DNA of 64,000 bases, taken from contig CAKORJ010000001.1 of assembly GCA_934101575.1 (NCBI GenBank), positions 474,519 to 538,518 on the forward strand, in the 5' to 3' direction. A program made the position numbers and the translations under genes. Shown here one piece after another: positions 35,011 to 43,308 of this stretch. Position 1 is the stretch's first letter, and each line of letters starts with the position of its first letter. The stretch is from an uncultured Bacilli bacterium (GTDB lineage: Bacteria; Bacillota_I; Bacilli_A; RF39; UBA660). The notes under the pieces were generated by a model. That model made no database searches. It had not been told where the DNA came from and saw only the letters and a program-made list of their open reading frames with translations.

Positions 35011-35916
35011 TTATTTCTCCCAATTGAATAATTCTTGCTCTCTATGTAAATCTATATCATATTTTTTTAATACTTCATCGTGTGCTAGATCCATTAGATG
35101 TTTTATGTCTTTGGATGTAGCATCTTTTTTATTTATTATGAAGTTTGCATGTTTACTACTGATTTCTCCTCCGCCATGGTTATATCCTTTTAAGTTACAG
35201 TCTTCTATTAGTTTTCCGGCATACATTCCTTCTGGATTTCTAAATACTGAACCTGCGGATGGGTATTCTAGTGGTTGAGATTTTACTCTTCTCATTTTTC
35301 TATCTTCTATTAAATCTATTAGATCTTTTTTGTTACTTTTTGTTAGTTTTAAATATGCTTTTAACACTATCCACTTTTTTTTCATTAGTAATGAATTTCT
35401 ATAATTATAGTCTAAATCTTTTTTTTCTATTGTTCTTATATTTTGATTTTCGTCTAATACTTCTATTTTTTCTAAAACATTACTTATATCACTTAGGTAT
35501 GCACCGGCATTCATATAGACTGCTCCACCTACTGTTGCAGGTATTCCACAGGCAAAGTCTAATCCAGAATAACCTAGTTTTGTTACTTTGTTTGCTAATA
35601 GTCCTAGATTATATCCTGCTTCTACTTCGATGTTTCCATCTATTATTTCTAATTTATTTAAGTTTTTTAGTTTTATAATTACTCCATTATAATCATTATC
35701 ACTTGCTAGTATGTTAGAACCATTTCCAAATACTTTGAATTTTATATTATTTTCTTTTATATATAAAAGTGCTTTTTTTAGAGATTGTACATCTTTAGGA
35801 TAGAATACTAACTTAGCATTTCCTCCGGTTCTATATGTTGTTAATGTCTTAAATGATACGTTTTCTTTGTAGTCTCCTAAGTTTTCTTCTTTTATATAAT
35901 TTATCAAGTTTTCCAT
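35011..35916 (-). CDS. murB: UDP-N-acetylenolpyruvoylglucosamine reductase
   Basis: 301 aa. FAD-binding block TYRTGGNAKL..GNGSNIL, plus GIPATVGGAVYMNAGAY and SAGSVFRNP. Confidence 0.93.
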   Translation of the reverse strand: MENLINYIKEENLGDYKENVSFKTLTTYRTGGNAKLVFYPKDVQSLKKALLYIKENNIKFKVFGNGSNILASDNDYNGVIIKLKNLNKLEIIDGNIEVEAGYNLGLLANKVTKLGYSGLDFACGIPATVGGAVYMNAGAYLSDISNVLEKIEVLDENQNIRTIEKKDLDYNYRNSLLMKKKWIVLKAYLKLTKSNKKDLIDLIEDRKMRRVKSQPLEYPSAGSVFRNPEGMYAGKLIEDCNLKGYNHGGGEISSKHANFIINKKDATSKDIKHLMDLAHDEVLKKYDIDLHREQELFNWEK

Positions 35917-35924
35917 TTAATCAC

Positions 35925-36998
35925 CTATTTAATCAATTTTTTTATTTCGTTATATATTTTTGTTGCACTATCAGATATTCCTATTTTTTTAGAGGCATCA
36001 CTCATTTTGTGATATACTTTTGAGTCATTTATTATTTCATCTATTTTATTTATTAGTTCTTTACTGTCAAACTTATCTTCATATTCTATGTATGCTGCTC
36101 CTTTTTCTTCTAGATCTTTTGCATTTATCACTTGATGATTATTCGCAACATACGGACTAGGTATTAGTATTGCAGGAAGGCCTAGTGCTGTTATTTCTGC
36201 TATTATGGTTGCACCTGCTCTTGTTATTATTAGATCTGTATATTTTAATACTTCACCCATTTTTTCTATGTATGGTACTACTTTTATATTTTTTGGAAAC
36301 TGATTAGTAATTACATTTTCATAGTCTTTTTTTCCTGTTACTAATAAAACTTCATAGTTTTTATTTTCTAGTTCTGGTAACATGTTTATTATTTTTTGAT
36401 TTATTGTTGATGCTCCTAATGAACCCATTGTTATTAAGACTAATTTTTTTGTTATTTTTAGTTCATAGTCTTTTTTATTTCCTTTTTTTACTTTCAGTAT
36501 TTCTTCACTTCTTGGATTTCCTGTTAGTACTATATTTTTATGATTAAAGTACTTTCTTGAGTTTTCCATAGATATGCATACTGTATCGGCATATTTACTA
36601 AGTCTTATATTTGCTTTTCCTGGTATGCTGTTTTGTTCATGTAATACTACTTTTATTTTTAAATCTTTAGCTGCTAGGACTACTGGTACTGTTATGTATC
36701 CTCCTACTCCTATTACTACATCTGGTTTGAATTTTTTCATTATTTTTTTACATTTTTTTATACCTGTTAGGGTATTAAAGACAAAACCACATATTTTTTT
36801 TATGCTTTTCCCTAAGCCATTCATTTTTATTCCATAGTATTCTATTCCTAAATTTGGTACTATATCTTTTTCCATTCTATCTGTTGTACCTATATATAGG
36901 ATTTCTGCTTGTTTATCTTCTTCTTTTATTTTATCTATAATGCTAAGGGCAGGATATATGTGTCCTCCTGTACCTCCTGCTGAGATAATATACTTCAT
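35925..36998 (-). CDS. murG: Undecaprenyldiphospho-muramoylpentapeptide beta-N-acetylglucosaminyltransferase
   Basis: 357 aa. Motifs GGTGGHIYPALS, VIGVGGYITVPVVLAA, HEQNSIPGKAN, ITRAGATIIAEI. Confidence 0.93.
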   Translation of the reverse strand: MKYIISAGGTGGHIYPALSIIDKIKEEDKQAEILYIGTTDRMEKDIVPNLGIEYYGIKMNGLGKSIKKICGFVFNTLTGIKKCKKIMKKFKPDVVIGVGGYITVPVVLAAKDLKIKVVLHEQNSIPGKANIRLSKYADTVCISMENSRKYFNHKNIVLTGNPRSEEILKVKKGNKKDYELKITKKLVLITMGSLGASTINQKIINMLPELENKNYEVLLVTGKKDYENVITNQFPKNIKVVPYIEKMGEVLKYTDLIITRAGATIIAEITALGLPAILIPSPYVANNHQVINAKDLEEKGAAYIEYEDKFDSKELINKIDEIINDSKVYHKMSDASKKIGISDSATKIYNEIKKLIK

Positions 36999-37055
36999 AA
37001 ATTATCACTCCTATTTAATTATATCATTAAATTTGTATAGTATTAAGATTTTTTG

Positions 37056-37643
37056 TCAATTTCTTACTGAGTATTTACACCCACAATAGTCTTGTCTATA
37101 TAAATTATACTTATTTGATAGGATTATGCTTTGTTTATAACCATCTTTCTTTTTAAAATCAGAATATAAATATGGCATATTAAACTCTTTTTCTAGTCTG
37201 TATCCTATTTCATTTATCATTGTACTGTTTTTATGAGGGCTTACTGATAGTGTTGTGGTGTAATAGTCATAATTGTGTTTTTTAGCATATATACAAGCTT
37301 TTTTCATGCGAAGTTCTATGCATTTTTTACAACGAAGTCCTCCCTCTTTTTCTTGTTCTAGACCTATTACTTCTTTTTGATATTCTTCTTCATTGTATTC
37401 TTCTTTGATTAGTCCTACGTGCTCACTTAACTTTTTTATTAATCTTTCTTGTTCTTTTTCTCTTTTGTTATACTCTGATTCTGGATAAATATTTGGGTTA
37501 TAATAATATACATCTACAGTAAAATATTTTGTTAATAATTCTAATACTGAAGTTGAACAAGGTGCACAACAACTGTGTAATAATAATTTTGGTTTTGTTT
37601 TTAGACTTTTTAAGAATTGTTCAAATTCGTTATAAGAGTTCAT
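37056..37643 (-). CDS. queH: Epoxyqueuosine reductase QueH (DUF208)
   Basis: 195 aa. Motifs LLLHSCCAPCS, YYNPNIYPESEY, RCKKC, and a C-terminal YCGC. Confidence 0.8.
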   Translation of the reverse strand: MNSYNEFEQFLKSLKTKPKLLLHSCCAPCSTSVLELLTKYFTVDVYYYNPNIYPESEYNKREKEQERLIKKLSEHVGLIKEEYNEEEYQKEVIGLEQEKEGGLRCKKCIELRMKKACIYAKKHNYDYYTTTLSVSPHKNSTMINEIGYRLEKEFNMPYLYSDFKKKDGYKQSIILSNKYNLYRQDYCGCKYSVRN

Positions 37644-37654
37644 ATTATCGCTTC

Positions 37655-38302
37655 CTATTTTCTAATTTTTACTTTTTTATTACTTGTATTACTTTCTATA
37701 AATGAATCATTTTTACAATTATGATAGTCTATTTTTAATACTATTTCTTTTATTTCTCCTAGTTTAAAATCATTTATTGTGTTTAATGATAAGTTTTCTC
37801 TTTGTACTTTTTTTAGTTTTTCCTGTAGTTTTTTTGATAATTCTTTACAGAAGTTATCACTTGATAGATATAGTTTTATTTGTTGCATATTTTCTACGAA
37901 CATTAAGTCTTTTTCATAGTCTTCTTCGGCTTCTTTGGCTTTTGTTGTTCCCATTAGATAATATGTTGCTGCGCCGGCTCCTACTCCTATTAAGGCTCCC
38001 ATTTTGGCAGAGTTACTTAGTTCTAGACCATTTGCTACTCCTTCTTGAGTCATTAATAGCCCTGATGCTGCTGCGACTCCCAATGAAGTTATAGTTGTAG
38101 ATAATGAACCTGATAAGACTTTATCTATTTCATATTCATAGAATTGTTCTAACATTAATTCATCTAAATAATTTATATTTTCTTTACTATTTTCTATTTG
38201 TTTTAGGGAATTGTCACCTAGTACTAAATTTATTTTATCTCCTACTACATGATATTCCTTTAAAAAACTTTTATTATTTTTATCTATTAGATATTTTTTC
38301 AT
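37655..38302 (-). CDS. Hypothetical protein with central Gly/Ala-rich membrane-associated segment
   Basis: 215 aa. SLGVAAASGLLMT and MGALIGVGAGAATYYLMG look like glycine-zipper segments. No family recognised. Confidence 0.45.
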   Translation of the reverse strand: MKKYLIDKNNKSFLKEYHVVGDKINLVLGDNSLKQIENSKENINYLDELMLEQFYEYEIDKVLSGSLSTTITSLGVAAASGLLMTQEGVANGLELSNSAKMGALIGVGAGAATYYLMGTTKAKEAEEDYEKDLMFVENMQQIKLYLSSDNFCKELSKKLQEKLKKVQRENLSLNTINDFKLGEIKEIVLKIDYHNCKNDSFIESNTSNKKVKIRK

Positions 38303-38372
38303 TTAACCTGTTCCTCCCTGTTACTAGGTAAGAATATATTACTATAATTTTTGAAAAAACACAAGAAAAGAG

Positions 38373-39074
38373 TTAATTTGTGATAACTCTTGTCCCTTCT
38401 TTTCCTTTTAATACTTCATCTATATTTTTTATCATATTAGAATTATACACATACATTGGAACTTTGTATTTTGCTAGTTTTGCTAAAGCTTCTATATCTA
38501 ATATCATCAGTGATGATGCTCCTTGTTTTAGGGACATTTCAAGTAATTGTTCATGAGTTATTTCATCTAGTTTTTTAGCATCTTTTTCTTTTGGATCTCT
38601 ATCATATATTGCATCTATGTTTTTAGCCATTAATATTAAGTCGGCACTATACTCTACTGCTTTTGATACTGTTGTCATGTCTGTTGATAGATTGGGTATC
38701 CCTAGGCCTCCGCCTAATATTACTATTTTTCCTTCTTTTAGATCTCTTTCCACATCATATACATTTTGTTTTTTTATGATACCTGGTACTTCAAAGGCAC
38801 TATAGCATGTGGTTGATATATTATTCTCATTAAAATAAGAATTTATAGCAATAGAATTCATTACTGTTGATAACATTCCTATTTGATCTGAGATAGCACT
38901 TTTTATTGCTAAGTCATTTCTACCTCGCCAAAAGTTTCCTCCTCCACACACTAGTATTAATTCATTGTTTTCTTTTATTTGTTTTATTTCCTTTAGTAGA
39001 TTATTTAGGTTGTTACTGGAGATATTATTTTCATTTTTTAAAGCTTCTCCACTTATTTTCATTATTATTCTCAT
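38373..39074 (-). CDS. pyrH: UMP kinase
   Basis: 233 aa. Motifs KISGEAL, LVCGGGNFWRG, and ILGGGLGIPNLSTD match amino-acid-kinase-fold PyrH. Not flanked by tsf/frr here. Confidence 0.85.
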   Translation of the reverse strand: MRIIMKISGEALKNENNISSNNLNNLLKEIKQIKENNELILVCGGGNFWRGRNDLAIKSAISDQIGMLSTVMNSIAINSYFNENNISTTCYSAFEVPGIIKKQNVYDVERDLKEGKIVILGGGLGIPNLSTDMTTVSKAVEYSADLILMAKNIDAIYDRDPKEKDAKKLDEITHEQLLEMSLKQGASSLMILDIEALAKLAKYKVPMYVYNSNMIKNIDEVLKGKEGTRVITN

Positions 39075-39259
39075 ACTTCCTCCAAAAAAAATTCAAGAAC
39101 TTGGTCCTGAATAAATTAAAATAAAATAGTAAAACTAAAGGATAAAAAATATTCTTTTATTTTTTGTGAATAATTTTTTGTTTCTTGATCTTTTAGTTTC
39201 ATATTATTACCTCATTAAAATTATATTATTTTTATTTTGTTTTTTCAATATTTTAAATG

Positions 39260-39985
39260 TTATTTACTTTCATTTATTGCTAAATTATATAACTGTTTTA
39301 CTTCTTTTGGGGTTAAGACTCTATATTCTTTAGAAGCTAAACCATCTAATGTAAGAAAGGCTATTCTTTCTCTTTTTAGTTTTAATACTTTATGTCCTAC
39401 TTCGTTAAACATTCTTTTTACTTGATGATTTCTTCCTTCAGTTATACCTATTTCTATAATACTTGTGTCTGTCTTTTTATCGTATTTCTTGATTTTAACT
39501 CTAGATTTTCTTGTTTTTTTACCATCTATTATGACTCCTTTTTTTAAGGCCATCATTTCATTAGGTAGTAGTTTTCCATTTATTTTTGCTATGTATACTT
39601 TTTCTATTTTGTTTTTCGGACTTGTCATTAGGTTTGCAAATTCTCCGTCATTTGTTAGAATTATTAGTCCTGTTGTATCATAGTCAAGTCTTCCTACTGG
39701 AAATACTCTTAAATCTGTATCAATTAAAGAAGTTATTATTTTTCTATGTTTATCATCTTCGGTTGTACATACTACTTCTCTTGGTTTATTTAATAAGAAA
39801 TATACTTTATTTTCTTTTTCTAGTAAAACTTCATCTATGTGTATCTCATCTTTTGATTCTACTTTATATCCTAATTCTGTTACTGTTTTTCCGTTTACTT
39901 TTACTCTTCCTTCTTTTATTAACTCTTCAGCTTTTCTTCTTGATGTATATCCAGAAGAGGCTATTCGTTTTTGTAATCTTTCCAT
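39260..39985 (-). CDS. rluB: Ribosomal large-subunit pseudouridine synthase B (RsuA/RluB family)
   Basis: 241 aa. S4 domain (RLQKRIASSGYTSRRKAEELIKEGRVKVNGK) and catalytic block VGRLDYDTTGLIILTNDGEF. Confidence 0.85.
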   Translation of the reverse strand: MERLQKRIASSGYTSRRKAEELIKEGRVKVNGKTVTELGYKVESKDEIHIDEVLLEKENKVYFLLNKPREVVCTTEDDKHRKIITSLIDTDLRVFPVGRLDYDTTGLIILTNDGEFANLMTSPKNKIEKVYIAKINGKLLPNEMMALKKGVIIDGKKTRKSRVKIKKYDKKTDTSIIEIGITEGRNHQVKRMFNEVGHKVLKLKRERIAFLTLDGLASKEYRVLTPKEVKQLYNLAINESK

Positions 39986-40018
39986 AAAATCACCTGGATA
40001 AATTATAGACTATTTTCT

Positions 40019-41092
40019 TTAATTAAGCAAGTGTTTGAAGAATGATTTTATCTTATCCGCTAATGAAACTTTTTCTTGTTTTAGATATAGTTTTTCTCTA
40101 TGAATTATATCATCTTTTAAATATATTAATATCTCTCCTACTTGGTCTTCTTTTTTGCCGTTATATACTATCTTTTTGGATATATTTTCTTTTTCGTTTT
40201 TTGTTAGTGGATAAGAAAATGAGTTTCCTATATAAGGTTTTCCTTTTAGATTGGTTTTTAGTTTAAGGTTATTTTTGTCTAGTAGTTTATAGTTTTTATA
40301 GTTTGAAAATATTTTATTGTATAAGTCTATATGATTTTGATAGCCATAGTCTATTTTACTTATGGAGGCTATTACTAGATTTAGGTTATTGTTTGTGGCA
40401 CTTGATACTAGGATTCTTCCTGCTGTGGGGGTGTATCCTGTTTTTGCCCCGGTTATTCTATCGTCCATACTTAGTATTTTTGATCTATTTTTAAAATAAT
40501 AACTTTTAGTGCTACTGGTTGCTTTATATGTTTTTGTTTTTAGAATATCTCTAAAGGCTTTATTTTTATAGCCATAACTGTATATTAGACTTAGGTCATG
40601 GACTGTTGAGATATTTTTTTCATTATCATCTAGACCAGTTGGATTATTAAAATGAGTGTTTTTTAGATTTAGCTGTTTTGACTTTTGATTCATTAACTTT
40701 ACGAAGTTTGATACTGTGTTACCTGTGTGCCTTGCTATTGTCATTGCTGCGTCATTGCCACTTCTTAGGATCATTCCATATTCAAGGTCTTGCATTAATA
40801 TATTTTCATTCATTTCTAGATATATATTAGAACCATCTATTGTTAGGATTTCATCTTTTACTGTTACTACATCTTCTTGATTTGAGTTTTCTAGTGCTAC
40901 TATAAGAGTCATTATTTTAGTTGTAGAAGCTGGTAGTTTTTGCTCATCTTTATTTTTTTCTTCAAATATTCTTTTACTATCTATGTCCATGACTATATAA
41001 TTATCAAATATATTGTTTAGAGCAGATATTTTAGTTGGAATTAATATAAGTGTTAGTGTTATTAAAAATAGTAGTTTTTTCAAATTTATCAC
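40019..41092 (-). CDS. D-alanyl-D-alanine carboxypeptidase (peptidase S11), DacB-like by neighbourhood
   Basis: 357 aa with a signal peptide. SxxK (ASTTKIMT), SxN (SGNDA), KTG (AKTGYT). Adjacent to rluB, as is sporulation dacB in Bacillus. Confidence 0.82.
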   Translation of the reverse strand: MINLKKLLFLITLTLILIPTKISALNNIFDNYIVMDIDSKRIFEEKNKDEQKLPASTTKIMTLIVALENSNQEDVVTVKDEILTIDGSNIYLEMNENILMQDLEYGMILRSGNDAAMTIARHTGNTVSNFVKLMNQKSKQLNLKNTHFNNPTGLDDNEKNISTVHDLSLIYSYGYKNKAFRDILKTKTYKATSSTKSYYFKNRSKILSMDDRITGAKTGYTPTAGRILVSSATNNNLNLVIASISKIDYGYQNHIDLYNKIFSNYKNYKLLDKNNLKLKTNLKGKPYIGNSFSYPLTKNEKENISKKIVYNGKKEDQVGEILIYLKDDIIHREKLYLKQEKVSLADKIKSFFKHLLN

Positions 41093-41176
41093 CTATATAT
41101 TTATATGAAGGATGTTTTTGTTTTATTCTTTAGAAAAAAGTATGGCAATTAACCATACTTTATAAGAGTTATTTTG

Positions 41177-43201
41177 TTAGGGTGTTATTATGAGACGAGA
41201 GGAAATACTAGCTACCGATGCGCCTCCGCTATAATTGGAATAAAATATACCAGAACTTGCACCATTTCGGTAATAACCTCCACGAAGAAACCAGGAATTA
41301 TTATGGTTGGCAAGATTGGAGCCATCACTATACCAGCCACTCGAACTACTTTTATATACCTCTTTTATTCCATCTCCTAACTTGCTTCTTATTCTAGTGG
41401 TATTGCTTGTGCTAAAACTGTATTTATCATAATATTTGTTATTTGGATAATCTATTCCAGTATATGATGTGTAATTGCCTGAATCATAAATTATTCCTTT
41501 ATATCCTGAATTTCTAGATGAACTATAACCACTCATCATTGTTGTTCCATCATTACTTACTATGTTTGCCATCGTATATTCATAGGATCCTCCGTTCACA
41601 TCATATACTCCGTATATATTATGTGTTGTTGAAGCACTTGGCCCATCTCTACTTTCTCCTATTAATGTTTTACTTTCTTTTATTGTTGGACTATCTAATA
41701 CTTTTATATTTTTTATATATCCTGTATCTGTTCCTTTTGTCCCTGAACTATCTTTTCTATATGTAAATGTTAATTCATATGTTCCTTTATCTAGTTTTTT
41801 TGATACATTATTATAGATTAATGCACTTTCTGTTGTTCCTAAATCTGTTCCTCCTATTTTTGTACTTGTTCCTGTATCTGATAAAGTTGTTCCATCTTTT
41901 GTTATTGTATAATATAAATAATCATAACTTGCACTTTCACTTGATACACTCCAGTCAAATGATATATATGTATTATTAGTTGGTGCTGTAAAACTAAATT
42001 TTAGATTAGTTGTTGTAGAATCTTTTCCTTGATTTGAACTTTTATATAAACCATCTGAAGAAGTCCACGGATATGTTGTATCATTTGTTACTGTTGCTGC
42101 TATTGCAGTTCCCCCAGTCATTGTTGTTGTATTTTTTTTAGTTTCATTATATTTATATGTTCCTTCTGCAGAACTTGATGTGCTTGAGGTTCCTCCACTT
42201 CTTCCTGTATAATAACTAGAACTATTATTTACATTTACTTCTTTACATGTACCATCTGTACATGTTCCATATTTTGAGTGTGATAGGTACGCTACTGCTC
42301 CCCATTCACTATTCTTTATCATATGTGTATCGGTAGTTGTGTTTAAACCATACTGATTACCACTATTTTTCATATTCATTATATTTGTTTCAAATGTACT
42401 TACACTTTGTTCTCTTACACTACTTAAATTTGGTTTTGTTGTTATATTACTTACTGTTCCTGTAAGTTCAAACTTTCCTATCCAGAATCCCTTTATTTCT
42501 TCATTTCCAAATGTAAATGCTGGATGGGTATATGTTTTATTATTACATGTATCATCAGTACATGTTGCATTAGTACTTTTTAATTTACATGTTTCTGAGG
42601 CTGCTCCATCTGTTCCACTTATTGAATCTTGACATGTTATTTCTCCAGTTGTTCCTGTACCATTTTCCCATGTTATGTCTATTTGTTGCGGATTGCTAGT
42701 CTTTGTTCCATCTGCATTATAATTCCATACTTTATATTTATATCTTGGTATCCAAACCTCCATTGTTAATATATCATCCATTGGTATTTCTGTTCCTACA
42801 CTTGCTGATAAGTATTTACTTCTATTAGTGCTACTTACTGTTACACTATTTGCCCATATTTTCTTATCATAATTATACCATCTATATTTTTCATTTGAAT
42901 TTTTTTTGTCAGCTTTCTTCCATGTTTCTGTATTTTCATCATAATATACTGGTATCATTCCTTCGTCTAGTTCTGGTTCATTTGCTCCACTTGTGTCTAC
43001 ATTATTTGCTTTCACTATTAATTCTATTGTTTTAGTTCCTAATTCAGTGTCTGAAAATATTGCATATGATGAGTTTATTTTATATGATATGCATCCTACT
43101 GTTAATAGGAATACTATACATAATATTGATAACTTTATTTTATTAAACTCTTTTATATTTTTATTTAAGAGTATATATATTGACTCCCTCGTTTGTTTCA
43201 T
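41177..43201 (-). CDS. Large secreted Thr/Ser/Asn-rich protein with SipW/TasA-type signal peptide; lectin-like folds suspected; function unknown
   Basis: 674 aa with AAGGTG SD. N-terminus is ..LSILCIVFLLTVGCISYKINSSYAIFSDTELG. Blocks include MIPVYYDE..W.KAD..YRWYNY..IWANSVTV, VWIPRYKYKVW, THPAFTFG..GFWIGKFE, and NSEWGAVAYLSHSKYG. The C-terminal WFLRGGYYRNGASSGIFY..ISSRLII is reminiscent of the end of FGE-sulfatase/C-type-lectin-like domains. A beta-sandwich-looking insert covers NLKFSFTAP..YIKNIKVLD. Confidence 0.65.
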   Translation of the reverse strand: MKQTRESIYILLNKNIKEFNKIKLSILCIVFLLTVGCISYKINSSYAIFSDTELGTKTIELIVKANNVDTSGANEPELDEGMIPVYYDENTETWKKADKKNSNEKYRWYNYDKKIWANSVTVSSTNRSKYLSASVGTEIPMDDILTMEVWIPRYKYKVWNYNADGTKTSNPQQIDITWENGTGTTGEITCQDSISGTDGAASETCKLKSTNATCTDDTCNNKTYTHPAFTFGNEEIKGFWIGKFELTGTVSNITTKPNLSSVREQSVSTFETNIMNMKNSGNQYGLNTTTDTHMIKNSEWGAVAYLSHSKYGTCTDGTCKEVNVNNSSSYYTGRSGGTSSTSSSAEGTYKYNETKKNTTTMTGGTAIAATVTNDTTYPWTSSDGLYKSSNQGKDSTTTNLKFSFTAPTNNTYISFDWSVSSESASYDYLYYTITKDGTTLSDTGTSTKIGGTDLGTTESALIYNNVSKKLDKGTYELTFTYRKDSSGTKGTDTGYIKNIKVLDSPTIKESKTLIGESRDGPSASTTHNIYGVYDVNGGSYEYTMANIVSNDGTTMMSGYSSSRNSGYKGIIYDSGNYTSYTGIDYPNNKYYDKYSFSTSNTTRIRSKLGDGIKEVYKSSSSGWYSDGSNLANHNNSWFLRGGYYRNGASSGIFYSNYSGGASVASISSRLIITP

Positions 43202-43308
43202 ATGATCACCTTAGTATTTTATAGATTAATTATACTATACTTATTTTGTTTTTGGAATAGTGTTTTTTTGTATTTATAAAAAAAATAGCTAAGATTTTTA
43301 TTTCTTAA

